DNA from: Alphaproteobacteria bacterium
Lineage (GTDB): Bacteria > Pseudomonadota > Alphaproteobacteria > UBA8366 > GCA-2717185
Assembly (NCBI GenBank): GCA_047517345.1
Contig: JAKZTB010000036.1
Span: 1,503 to 65,502, forward strand
DNA length: 64,000 nt
Reading direction: 5' to 3'
Each line of letters starts with the position of its first letter. Position 1 is the stretch's first letter. Positions 29,188 through 38,675 of the stretch are shown one piece after another. Below the pieces are notes generated by a model, which was given only the letters and a program-made list of their open reading frames with translations, was not told the DNA's origin and ran no database searches. Made by a program: the position numbers and the translations under genes.

Positions 29188-30053
29188 TGTTCAGGCCTCG
29201 TTTCCACCAGTGATGTCCAGGCCTGCGCTATCAAACGCCGCGTCAGCACGTGAACCGAATGGCGCCGGTAGCCCGCCGATGCCCGCAAATCGTTGATCGG
29301 GCTCGACTCTTCCATCGCCTTGCGGGCCGCTCGGTCGATCAATTCGTCGGTGAGCGTTTCACCGGCGAGCATGGCTTCGGCTTCCTTGGCGCGGAACACG
29401 GTGGGGGCGACCGCGCCCAGTGCGATGCGCGCCTCGGTGCAACGGTCGCCCTCGCGGGTCACCGTCACCGCCAGACCGACGACCGTAATCGCGTCGCCCT
29501 TGCGGCGGGCCAGCTTGTAGAACCGGTTTGCGGTGTTCGGACCAGGTGCGGACCAGGAAATGCCCGTGATAAGTTCGTCCCGGTTTCGTTTGTTCTTTTT
29601 GAAACCCGAATAGAATTCGTCGATCGGAACGGTCCGCACGCTGGACGTGCTGGCCAGGCAAATCTCGGCATCGAGCGACAACAGCGGCGGCACGGCGTCC
29701 GCGGCGGGCGAGCCGGAGCAGACATTGCCGGCAATCGTCGCCTGATTGCGCACCATTTGCCCGCCGAAGACTCGTGCGCAGTCGATGAGCGACGGAGCCG
29801 CGGTGGGCAAATCGGCGTGCCGCAGGATATCGCCCACGGTCGTTCCCCCACCGATATTGACCCGGCCGTCTTCGATTTTGATGTTGCGGAACGCGTCGAT
29901 GTTGCCGAGCCAGACGAGCCGATCCGCCGATTCGCGCCGCGCGCGTAGATCGACCAGCAGGTTGGTGCCGCCGGCGAGCGGCGTTCCGCCCGGCAGGCAC
30001 GCCAAGGTCTCCTGCAAATCCTTCGGCCGATCCAGCTCGAACTCGCGCAACAT
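29184..30053 (-). CDS. FAD-binding medium subunit (CoxM/XdhB-like) of the Mo-hydroxylase
   Basis: 289 aa with an FAD_binding_5-type domain (LAGGTNLLVDL, ATIAGNV). Its ATGA overlaps the small-subunit start. Confidence 0.88.
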   Translation of the reverse strand: MLREFELDRPKDLQETLACLPGGTPLAGGTNLLVDLRARRESADRLVWLGNIDAFRNIKIEDGRVNIGGGTTVGDILRHADLPTAAPSLIDCARVFGGQMVRNQATIAGNVCSGSPAADAVPPLLSLDAEICLASTSSVRTVPIDEFYSGFKKNKRNRDELITGISWSAPGPNTANRFYKLARRKGDAITVVGLAVTVTREGDRCTEARIALGAVAPTVFRAKEAEAMLAGETLTDELIDRAARKAMEESSPINDLRASAGYRRHSVHVLTRRLIAQAWTSLVETRPEQ

Positions 30054-30073
30054 GGCGCTGCCTCCCTTTACTC

Positions 30074-30856
30074 CTAAACGTCCCAGCCGCCGTCGACGGA
30101 AATTTTTTGGCCCGTCATGTTACGGCTTTCGTCGCTGGCGCAGTAGAGCACGGCGTCGGCAACATCCTCAGGTTCGGTGACGCGGCCGAGACACATCTCC
30201 TCGACATATTCCTGGTAGACTTGCTCGAAGGTCCAGCCGCGAACCTTGGCTTTTTCTTCGCACAGCTTGTCCATGCGCGGCGTGTGGACGATGCCCGGCA
30301 TGACGATGTTGACGTTCACGTTGTGCGGCCCGGCTTCCAGCGCGATGGTGCGCGTCAGGCCGCGCAGCGCCCATTTCGAGGCGCTGTAGGCGGTACGGTA
30401 TTTGTAGCCGCGCAGGCCCGACGAGCCGCCGATATTGACGATCTTGCCGTACTTCTGCGCGATCATGACCGGCAGGGTGTATTTGATCGGCAGGAACGTG
30501 CCGCGGACATTGATGTCGAGGACTTCGAGAAAATCGTCCGGATCGATGTCTTGTACCGGCGTTTCGATCGGTCCGGTGGTGCCGGCAACATTGACCAGGA
30601 TATCGATACGGCCGCCGAAGGCTTGCTTGGTGCGTTCGACCATCGCCGCGACTTGATTCGGGTCCGTAACGTCCGCCGATATCGTTTCGACGCGCCGCCC
30701 CATGGCGCGGACCTCCTCGGCGATTTCTTCGAGCGGTTCCAAATCGCGGGCGGCCAGCATCATGTCCGCGCCTTCGCGGCCGAGCGTGCGCGTGATCGCG
30801 CTGCCCATGCCTTTCGCCGCACCGGTAACGATGGCGATCCTGTTTTCGAGCCTCAT
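30074..30856 (-). CDS. SDR-family oxidoreductase
   Basis: TGAAKGMG cofactor motif and YSASK catalytic motif, 260 aa. Confidence 0.88.
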   Translation of the reverse strand: MRLENRIAIVTGAAKGMGSAITRTLGREGADMMLAARDLEPLEEIAEEVRAMGRRVETISADVTDPNQVAAMVERTKQAFGGRIDILVNVAGTTGPIETPVQDIDPDDFLEVLDINVRGTFLPIKYTLPVMIAQKYGKIVNIGGSSGLRGYKYRTAYSASKWALRGLTRTIALEAGPHNVNVNIVMPGIVHTPRMDKLCEEKAKVRGWTFEQVYQEYVEEMCLGRVTEPEDVADAVLYCASDESRNMTGQKISVDGGWDV

Positions 30857-30872
30857 GGTCTGCCTCCCTTAT

Positions 30873-32462
30873 TCAAGCCGTGCCGGCGGGTGGCGCCCCG
30901 TAACCGCCCCCGCCGCTGCTTTCGATGACGACGGTATCGCCCTGTTTCAAACGAACGTTGATCTTGCCCGGCAGTTCACGGCGCTCGCCGTTCTTGCCGA
31001 TCACTTCGACGTGGAACGGCGCGCCGTCTTCGCCCCCCTGCAAGCCGTAGGGGGGGATGATCCGCCGCTCGAACATCGTCGTCAACGACATCTCTTCCGC
31101 CAGCACGTGGTATTCGCGATGCAGCCCTTCGCCGCCGCGGTGCGCGCCCGCGCCGCCGGAGCCGCGCCGCAGCCGCTGGCACTCGATTCGGATCGGGTAC
31201 TCAGCCTCGATGATTTCCGCGGGGGTGTTCATCACGTTCGATAGGTGTACCCGGATGACCGGCGCGCCGTCGCGGTCGATCCGCGCGCCCTCGCCGCCGC
31301 CATGGGTTTCGTAGAGCGTCGTCCAGGCGCCGTCCGCGCGTTTGCCGCCGAACAGCAACAGGCCCGACGTCGTCGCGCCGCCGGCCGTCAACCGCTCCGG
31401 CACGACAGGCTCCAGCGCGCGGAAGATGGCGTCCACGACCCGTTGCGAGGTTTCGTGATTGCCGCCGACGACCGGAAGCTCGATCCCCGGCTCGAGGATC
31501 GAGCCGGGCCGGGTAATCACGGTCAGCGGCCGGTAACAGCCGCCGTTCGGCTGAATGTCCGGACCGGCGAGCGCCTTCATCGCGTAGAACGCCGCGGCGG
31601 ATGCGATGAAGGGCGTGGTATTGACCGGTCCGCGCGCCGCATCGTCGGACTCCGAGAAATCGAATACCGCGCGATCTTCTCGCAGCGTAATGTGAACCCG
31701 AACGGCGATGCGCCGGTCCACGACGCCGTCATCGTCGAGCCAGTCCTCGCCGCGGTACTCGCCCGGCGGCAAATCGGCGATCGCGGCGCGCATCTGCGCT
31801 TCCGCCCGGTCGTGCAGCGCGACGACGGCATCGTCGATCGTAGCAATTCCGTGTCGCGCGTAGAGATTCTGCATGCGCAGGTCGGCGGACCGCGTCGCCG
31901 CCATCTGGGCCAGGATATCGCCCTCGCGTTCCTCCGCACCGCGCACGTTTGCCAGCACGAAGTCGAGTTTCTCGCGGTCCGGGCCTTCGGCGGTGAACAG
32001 CCGGACCGGCGGGATCCGCAAGCCTTCCTGCCAGGCGTCGGTCGCCGAAGCGACGTAGCTGCCGGGGACCGCGCCGCCGATATCGGCCCAATGCGCCAGG
32101 CTGACGGCGAAACCCTGTAGCGTTCGGTCGGCGAAGACCGGCCGGATCGCCTTGACGTCCGGCAGATGGTTGCCGCCGACTTCGGGCAGGTTCAGGAACC
32201 ACACGTCGCCGGGTGCGAGTCGTTCGGCCGGAACGCGCTTGAGGAACTCCTTCACCGTGAAGCACATGACGCCGAGATGCATTGGAATGTCGCGGCCTTG
32301 CGCGATCATGTTGCCTTGCGCATCGGTCAGGGCGGATGACAAGTCGCCGGCTTCGCGCAGGAGCGGCGAGCGTGCCGAACGCATCACGACGAGCGACATC
32401 TCCTCCGCGATCGCCGTCAGCGCGTGGCGGATGACTTCCAAAGTGAACGGGTCGACCGTCAT
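30873..32462 (-). CDS. hyuB: hydantoinase B/oxoprolinase family protein
   Basis: ORF 30873..32648 trimmed to Met63 (MTVDPFTLEVIRHALTAIAEEM, the canonical HyuB N-terminus). The ATG overlaps the TGA of the extended hyuA frame. Confidence 0.88.
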   Translation of the reverse strand: MTVDPFTLEVIRHALTAIAEEMSLVVMRSARSPLLREAGDLSSALTDAQGNMIAQGRDIPMHLGVMCFTVKEFLKRVPAERLAPGDVWFLNLPEVGGNHLPDVKAIRPVFADRTLQGFAVSLAHWADIGGAVPGSYVASATDAWQEGLRIPPVRLFTAEGPDREKLDFVLANVRGAEEREGDILAQMAATRSADLRMQNLYARHGIATIDDAVVALHDRAEAQMRAAIADLPPGEYRGEDWLDDDGVVDRRIAVRVHITLREDRAVFDFSESDDAARGPVNTTPFIASAAAFYAMKALAGPDIQPNGGCYRPLTVITRPGSILEPGIELPVVGGNHETSQRVVDAIFRALEPVVPERLTAGGATTSGLLLFGGKRADGAWTTLYETHGGGEGARIDRDGAPVIRVHLSNVMNTPAEIIEAEYPIRIECQRLRRGSGGAGAHRGGEGLHREYHVLAEEMSLTTMFERRIIPPYGLQGGEDGAPFHVEVIGKNGERRELPGKINVRLKQGDTVVIESSGGGGYGAPPAGTA

Positions 32463-32569
32463 GCCGGTTCTCCGACATCGATGTGCAGATGGTCGAGGCG
32501 GTCGGCGGCGACCGAGGCGCCGGGCGGCACGACAATTGTGGACCAGGCATCCTCGATGATTGCCGGACC

Positions 32570-34465
32570 TTAAATTCTCTGTTCGGGTGCAATCATGGCG
32601 CGGCTGTAACGCGGCGTGTCCACGGCGTCGCGGCCGCCGAACCAGCATGGTCCGAATTTTTCCGGTCGCCCGGGTGATATGTCGGCAATCGGCGCGGCCG
32701 CCGCCGTGTCGCGTGGCACGGAAACCGTGCAGCGCAATGCGGACAGTTCCCAGGGCTCGTCGGTCGCGAACCCGTACAGCCGTGCATGAATCTCACGGAA
32801 CTGTTCGCCTAATTTTCCGGGGTCGTCCAACAACGGGTCCGCGATTTCCGTCGCATAGCTCTGGCCGCTATAGCGGACGCTCGCAACATATTCGATGGCG
32901 ATGGATTTTCGGCCGTACCCGTCCGCATGGATCGGCGCGGCAAGTTGTTCGACGAGGCGGTCCTGGATCATCGCAAGATGGGTCCGGTCCCATGCGGCGC
33001 TCGCCATTCGCAGGGTTTGCTGCTGGGCGTAACGCATCTCCGCCCCGACGCAACCGACGGCGGAAAATGCGCTGGAGGCGGCGGGAACGATCACGCGCCC
33101 GATCCCGAAAGCGCGCGCCAGTTCCACCGCATGCATCGGACCGGCACCGCCGAACGCCAGAAGATCGCAGGCGCGGCCGTCGACCCCACGCTCCACCGTA
33201 ACCCGGTTGAGCGCCCGCACCATCGAGGCGTTCGCGACCCTGACGATGCCATAGGCGGCCTCGGTGACGCTGACGCCGGCGGCTTCGGCTAGCGGTGCAA
33301 GCGCTAGGCGGGCCGCGTCCGGGTCGAGGCGTATGGACTCGCCCAGGCGATGATCGGCTTCGAGATAGCCCAATACCAGGTTGGCGTCGGTGACCGTCGC
33401 CGCGATACCGCCCTGGCCGTAACAAGCCGGACCGGGATCGGCGCCGGCGCTGTCGGGACCGACTTCGACGGCACCGAGATTCAGGCGTGCGATCGACCCG
33501 CCTCCCGCGCCGATGGACTCGATGGCGACCATGGGCTGTCGCAAGGGGTGATCGCCGAGGCTTCGGTTGACAGATATCTCCGCGCGGCCGCCGGTGATCA
33601 AGCAGACATCGGTCGTCGTCCCGCCCATATCCAGGCTGATCGCGCTTTCTAAATCGAGCTCGGACGCAATCTTGCAGGCCGCGGCGACCCCCGCCGCCGG
33701 TCCCGATAGCGCCAGCCCCAGGGGCAGGTCGCGCAACGCCGCCGGCGACGCCATCCCGCCGCTCGAGTGGAACAGGTGCAACCGGCTGCCGGCCGGTGTC
33801 GCGTCTTCGAGCTGTTCGAGATAGGCGGCGGCGCGCGGCATCACGCTGGCGCTCAGCACGGTTGTCGCGGTGCGTTCGTACTCCCGCGCTTCCGGATTGA
33901 TCCGATAGGAAAGCGCGGTCGGAACGTCGGTATTTTGCAGCGCGGCGGCCACCAGCTCCTCGTGCGCCGGATTGGCGTAGGCGTGCAGCAAGGCAACCGC
34001 GATTGCGTCGGCGCCGGTCGCCAACGCCTGCTCGACGGCTTCTTCGAGCGCGCTGTCGGTGATTGCACGGCGTACGGAACCGTCGGCATCGAGGCGCTCG
34101 CGCAATTCGATCCGGCGGTCTTCCGGTACTTGCGGTGTCGCCTTTGGCGGAAGGTCGAGGCGGTAGAGATATCGCCGGTTCTGTCGACCGATGGCGAGGG
34201 TGTCGCCAAACCCTTCGGTCGTGATCAGGGCGACTTTGGCCAAGCGGCCTTCGACGATCGCGTTCGTGATCAGCGTCGTACCGTGCACCAAATCGGCGAC
34301 GTCTTTCCATTCGAGCCCGACCGCGGCGAGCGCCGCCCGCAGGCCCTCCCGCGGGTCCGTGGCGCGGCTTTGTACCTTGGCGGTCCGAAAATCCTGTTGC
34401 TCGGGATGCAGCGCCACGACATCGGTGAACGTACCACCGACATCGATGCCGACCTGCCACGTCAT
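32570..34465 (-). CDS. hyuA: hydantoinase/oxoprolinase A subunit, ended prematurely by an in-frame TAA (the frame continues to 32459)
   Basis: The N-terminus WQVGIDVGGTFTDVV is typical. After the TAA at 32570-32572 the same frame reads GPAIIEDAWSTIVVPPGASV..VGEPA* and ends in an ATGA overlap with hyuB. Confidence 0.85.
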   Translation of the reverse strand: MTWQVGIDVGGTFTDVVALHPEQQDFRTAKVQSRATDPREGLRAALAAVGLEWKDVADLVHGTTLITNAIVEGRLAKVALITTEGFGDTLAIGRQNRRYLYRLDLPPKATPQVPEDRRIELRERLDADGSVRRAITDSALEEAVEQALATGADAIAVALLHAYANPAHEELVAAALQNTDVPTALSYRINPEAREYERTATTVLSASVMPRAAAYLEQLEDATPAGSRLHLFHSSGGMASPAALRDLPLGLALSGPAAGVAAACKIASELDLESAISLDMGGTTTDVCLITGGRAEISVNRSLGDHPLRQPMVAIESIGAGGGSIARLNLGAVEVGPDSAGADPGPACYGQGGIAATVTDANLVLGYLEADHRLGESIRLDPDAARLALAPLAEAAGVSVTEAAYGIVRVANASMVRALNRVTVERGVDGRACDLLAFGGAGPMHAVELARAFGIGRVIVPAASSAFSAVGCVGAEMRYAQQQTLRMASAAWDRTHLAMIQDRLVEQLAAPIHADGYGRKSIAIEYVASVRYSGQSYATEIADPLLDDPGKLGEQFREIHARLYGFATDEPWELSALRCTVSVPRDTAAAAPIADISPGRPEKFGPCWFGGRDAVDTPRYSRAMIAPEQRI

Positions 34466-34733
34466 AATTGACCTGGCCGGAAGATTGGAACGTCACTGGC
34501 TATCGAGCGTTGGCGGGCGTTTGATTTATCCATACTGAACGGACTTAGAGCGCTGTGTCAGAGGCACCACAATAGTAATTTAGCGTGCGTCATCTACTTA
34601 AAATATTCGGACTAAACCAATTAACATCTGCACCGTACGCAAATTCGGCAACGCCATCGATAGCGACAAGGATTGACGCCGCGCCGCGCGCCTTTAGAGT
34701 CTGGCGACAACGAGAACCTTCTGGGGATGGGCG

Positions 34734-35678
34734 ATGGGCGTCGGCGTCGGCTTGGGCATTGCGGAGTTTCCTTTTGCGGCCGCGAAAGGATTCTGGGATT
34801 GGATCGCGTTGTGCGAAGAGGGCGGCGTCGACTCGATTTGGCAGATCGACCGGATGGTGTCGCGCGAACCCTTCCTGGAATGCATGAGCACCATGGCGGC
34901 CATCGCCGGCGCGACCAAGAAGCTCAAATTCGGCATGAATGTGGCCTCTGTCGGACTGCGCGACCCGCTTCTGCTGGCCAAGGAATGCGCGACGATCGAC
35001 TTTCTGAGCGACGGCCGATTGCTGCCGGCCTTCGGCATCGGCAATGCGGCGGCGCCGGTCTGGAAGGCGACGGGACGGCCGACCAAGGCCCGCGGCAAGC
35101 GCACGAACGAGGCGCTCGAGCTTATCCAACGCCTGTGGAGCGAAGACAGCGTTACCTTCGAAGGCGAATTCTACCAGTACACGGAGGCCTGCATCGCCCC
35201 CAAACCGGTGCAACGGAAGATTCCGTTCTGGCTGGGCGGATCGAGCGAGGCGGCAATCCGGCGTACCGCGCGGTTTGGCACCGGCTGGCTGGCCGGGCTG
35301 GAAACGCCGCAGATCGTCGGACCGGTCATCGAAGGTATCAAACAGGCGGCACGGGAAGCCGGCCGGCCGATCGACGAGGATCATTTCGGCGCGGCGTTTC
35401 CCTATCGCTTCGGTGACGGGAACGACGATGCGACGCGCCGTCAAATCGATGCGTTCCAGAAGCGTACCAAGCGCGATGCGCGGGACTATTTTGCGATCGG
35501 CGGGACCGAAGAGGTTATCGCGAAACTGCGTGAATTCGTCGCCGCCGGCGCGTACAAGTTCGTCCTCCGGCCGATCGGCAACAACGATGCGGAGATGATG
35601 GAACACACGAAGATACTGATCGATGAGGTGCTGCCGGAAGTCTACGCCGATGGGTTTGAGGCTTCGGCACAGTCGTAG
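34734..35678 (+). CDS. LLM-class (luciferase-like) flavin/F420-dependent oxidoreductase
   Basis: 314 aa with bacterial luciferase-like family features (..VDSIWQIDR.., ..LDFLSDGRLLPAFGIG..). Confidence 0.8.
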   Translation: MGVGVGLGIAEFPFAAAKGFWDWIALCEEGGVDSIWQIDRMVSREPFLECMSTMAAIAGATKKLKFGMNVASVGLRDPLLLAKECATIDFLSDGRLLPAFGIGNAAAPVWKATGRPTKARGKRTNEALELIQRLWSEDSVTFEGEFYQYTEACIAPKPVQRKIPFWLGGSSEAAIRRTARFGTGWLAGLETPQIVGPVIEGIKQAAREAGRPIDEDHFGAAFPYRFGDGNDDATRRQIDAFQKRTKRDARDYFAIGGTEEVIAKLREFVAAGAYKFVLRPIGNNDAEMMEHTKILIDEVLPEVYADGFEASAQS

Positions 35679-37339
35679 ACGATCGCGCCACCGGTCAGCA
35701 CCATTTCGGCGGTGATATCCGCGATGCGATCTTCGTCGACGGTCAACGGGTCGTCGGACAGGACGGCGATATCGGCGAATTTACCAGGCTCAAGCGTGCC
35801 TTTGAGGTCTTCCTCGAAGGTCAGATAAGCGCCCTCACGGCTGGCGCAGGCGAGCGCCTCTTCCCGGCTGAGGCATTGTTCGGGCGCGATCGGCGCGCCC
35901 GTCTCCTCAGCGATGCGCGTCACGGCATGCCATACCGGATGGAACATGGACGGCGGCACGTTGTCGGTCGCCAGCGAGACATGGACGCCCGCGTCGAGCA
36001 GCGATCGCAGCGGCGCGATATGGCCGGCATCGGCGCCCAGTTGCCGGGCGAGCCTGGCGCCGTCCTGATAGACGTAGCGGCCCGTATAGACCGTCAGCAC
36101 GAGTCCGAGATCGCGGATCCGGGCGATCTCCTCCGGCGACAAGACGCCGATATGTTCGATGATCCAGCGCTTATCCCCGATGGGCACCGCGCGGTCGACC
36201 TTTTCGTACAGGTCCAGGATGTTCGGCGTGAAGCTGCCGATGCGGATGTCGTGCCGGGCGGCGTCGATCATCATCTCGACCATCACGTCTTCCGGCAGGC
36301 AGGCGTCGTAATTGAACCCCGCCCAGCCGGAGTAGGGCGAGGTGCTTGCCCGCAGCAGATTCTCCTTGGAATAGTCGGATTCGGTATACAAGCCGCCGAC
36401 CCGGAGATACGCGTCGCCCAATCCGCGGCCCGACAGCCACGTCCCCCAGGAGTCGAGCAGTCCGCCGACGACATCGCTGTCCGGTGCCGGCCAGGAGGGG
36501 CTGAACATCAGATGCACGCGGACGGAAGTCGGGCCTTCGTCGCGCAGCGCCTGATAGGCGGCGAGGACTTCGGCGGCAATCCCGTGCCCCTCGAACACGC
36601 TGGTCGTGCCGACGGCGTTGTACAGGCGCATCGACTTGCGCAGGCCGGCGATCCGGTCTTCCAGCGTGAAACGCGGTATGACCGACATCAGGGTGTGCTC
36701 GACGAGCGGCTTGTAATTGAACTCGTGCAGGACGCCGGTCGGCTCGCCGGTCGCGTGATCCTTGTCGATCTGGATCGTCGCCGCCGGCGGTATCGTGTCG
36801 CGGGTGATGCCCGCGAGGCGCAGCGCAGAGCTGTTGGCGATCGAGACCAGGGGCAAGGTGTTGCGCCAATGACCCCAGATGGCGCGGATATAGACGGGGT
36901 TGTCCGGCGCGACCTTGTCGAGTTCCCCGCGCGTCGGCACACGCCCCTCGCGCAGATTGCCCGGCACGCCGGAATAGTAGGGCGGGTCGCCGATCGGCAT
37001 GGTCACGATCCATTCGCCCGGCGCGGCGTCGCGCGCCAGCGCGGCGATGCGCTCCAGAACGTCGTCGATGCTGGTGGCGCCCTCGAGCGAGGGCAGCTGC
37101 AGCTTCAACCCTTCCCGGTCCATATGGGCGTGACCGTCGATCAGCCCCGGGATCGCCGTGCGTCCGGCCAAGTCGATAACCGTTGCGTCGGGACCGGCGG
37201 CTGCCGACACACTGCCGGTATCGCCGATTGCCAGGATGCGGTCCCCGGATACCGCGATGGCTTCGGCGACGGTCGACTGCGGGTCGAGCGTCACGACCTT
37301 GCCGCCGCTCAGGATAAGATTGTTCGCCTTTTCAGCCAT
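35642..37339 (-). CDS. amidohydrolase family protein (Amidohydro_3 / YtcJ-like)
   Basis: 565 aa with metal-ligand motifs (GLIDGHAHM near the N-terminus, ..SLATDNVP.. near the C-terminus). Confidence 0.82.
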   Translation of the reverse strand: MAEKANNLILSGGKVVTLDPQSTVAEAIAVSGDRILAIGDTGSVSAAAGPDATVIDLAGRTAIPGLIDGHAHMDREGLKLQLPSLEGATSIDDVLERIAALARDAAPGEWIVTMPIGDPPYYSGVPGNLREGRVPTRGELDKVAPDNPVYIRAIWGHWRNTLPLVSIANSSALRLAGITRDTIPPAATIQIDKDHATGEPTGVLHEFNYKPLVEHTLMSVIPRFTLEDRIAGLRKSMRLYNAVGTTSVFEGHGIAAEVLAAYQALRDEGPTSVRVHLMFSPSWPAPDSDVVGGLLDSWGTWLSGRGLGDAYLRVGGLYTESDYSKENLLRASTSPYSGWAGFNYDACLPEDVMVEMMIDAARHDIRIGSFTPNILDLYEKVDRAVPIGDKRWIIEHIGVLSPEEIARIRDLGLVLTVYTGRYVYQDGARLARQLGADAGHIAPLRSLLDAGVHVSLATDNVPPSMFHPVWHAVTRIAEETGAPIAPEQCLSREEALACASREGAYLTFEEDLKGTLEPGKFADIAVLSDDPLTVDEDRIADITAEMVLTGGAIVYDCAEASNPSA

Positions 37340-37407
37340 CGCCCATACGTTCCGTTTTTCAGGGTTTCGGTATCAGACGGCACGGCGCCGAATCTTGTCA
37401 ATGCCGC

Positions 37408-38643
37408 TCAGTCGGCGGACCTGTCACCGGCGAGGTCTTTGGGCCGCAGCACGATCACCGCCAGCAACCCCAGCGCCATAACCGCCGCGATATGGGCGAA
37501 GGCTATACCCCAGGCAAAGGCGCTTTCGCCGCCGGCAAGATCGAGGATCGCCCCCATCATCAACGGTCCGACGAATCCGCCGGCATAGCCCAGGGTCGAA
37601 TGCACGGCCATTGTCGCACCACGCTGGCCGGGCCGGGCACTGCCCACGGTTCCCGCGGTCAGCGACGAGGAATCGGCCCAGATCAGAATTCCGTAAACGA
37701 TGCACAGCCCGGCCGCGAGTTCATAGGAAACCGCCGAGGTAAACCCGATCACGGCGGCAACCGCCATCGACGCCAGCATGACGCAGACGATGAAGCGCCG
37801 CCGGCCGATCCGGCGCGCCACCTCGTTGCCGGAGACGCTGGCCCAAACGCCCGCCAGGCTCAATACCGTGACGATCGCGGCCGGCGCCAGAAGGATCGCT
37901 TCGCCACCGGCCGTCGCCAGGGCGAACGTGAGAAAAGTGATGACCCAGGCGCGCAGCGCGTTCATTTCCCAGATGTGGAAACAGTAGCCGAGCGAATAGG
38001 CGAGCGCCGACCGGTTGCGCAGCACCGGCCGAAAGTCGAGCAGGCCCGTTTGTTCGCCTTCCGCGGCCCTCGGCTCTCGGCCGGGCAGCACGAACGCCAT
38101 GATCAGGAAGGCGAGAACGGCGCAGACGCCGCCGAACTCGATGCCCCATCGCCAGCCGTACCAGCTGGCGATGGTGCTGGCGACGATGAACGACGCGGCG
38201 CCGCTGACGCCGACGCTGCCGGCGTGCATCGCGACGCCGCGCGATTGTTGCGGGCCTTCGACGAAATCGCTCAGGGCTTTCAGGCCCGGCATGTAGGTGC
38301 CCGCCCAGCCGACCCCGGCGATCAGGCGGAAGGCGAAGGCCGACCAGAACCCGTCCGCGAAGGCGGCGAAGCCCAGCGCCGCGATCGCCGTCAGGATAAC
38401 GGCGCCGAGATAGATTCGTTTCGGATCGATGCGGTCGGTCAGCGATACGAGAACCGGGACCGTCAATGTGTAGCTGGCGTAGAACGCGCCGATGATCCAG
38501 CCCGCGTCGGTACCGCTAAGGTTCCATGTGTCGATGAAGGTCGGCAGCAGCGCCGGCACGGCGAACGCGCCGATCTGGGCGAAGACCTGCGCTGTGCAAA
38601 CGATGGCGATGATGCGGATGGCTGACATGATGGCGCCGGACAA
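37408..38643 (-). CDS. MFS transporter
   Basis: 411 aa with about 12 TM helices and an MFS loop motif (LTDRIDPKR). Confidence 0.85.
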   Translation of the reverse strand: MSGAIMSAIRIIAIVCTAQVFAQIGAFAVPALLPTFIDTWNLSGTDAGWIIGAFYASYTLTVPVLVSLTDRIDPKRIYLGAVILTAIAALGFAAFADGFWSAFAFRLIAGVGWAGTYMPGLKALSDFVEGPQQSRGVAMHAGSVGVSGAASFIVASTIASWYGWRWGIEFGGVCAVLAFLIMAFVLPGREPRAAEGEQTGLLDFRPVLRNRSALAYSLGYCFHIWEMNALRAWVITFLTFALATAGGEAILLAPAAIVTVLSLAGVWASVSGNEVARRIGRRRFIVCVMLASMAVAAVIGFTSAVSYELAAGLCIVYGILIWADSSSLTAGTVGSARPGQRGATMAVHSTLGYAGGFVGPLMMGAILDLAGGESAFAWGIAFAHIAAVMALGLLAVIVLRPKDLAGDRSAD

Positions 38644-38675
38644 TGCCGACCGCGCGCGATTTGCTCAAGAAAATG

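Noticed and set aside
32570-32572. The in-frame stop in hyuA as programmed recoding (selenocysteine or pyrrolysine)
   Set aside because: The codon is TAA, not TGA or TAG. No SECIS-like element or recoding machinery is evident. A nonsense mutation or a base-call error is the simpler explanation.
34466-34733. Possible riboswitch or regulator-binding leader in the AT-rich hyuA / LLM divergent region
   Set aside because: I could find only a plausible TTGACG-N16-TAGAGT promoter (34673-34700). There is no conserved riboswitch core and no convincing structured leader, so the evidence is too weak for a feature call.
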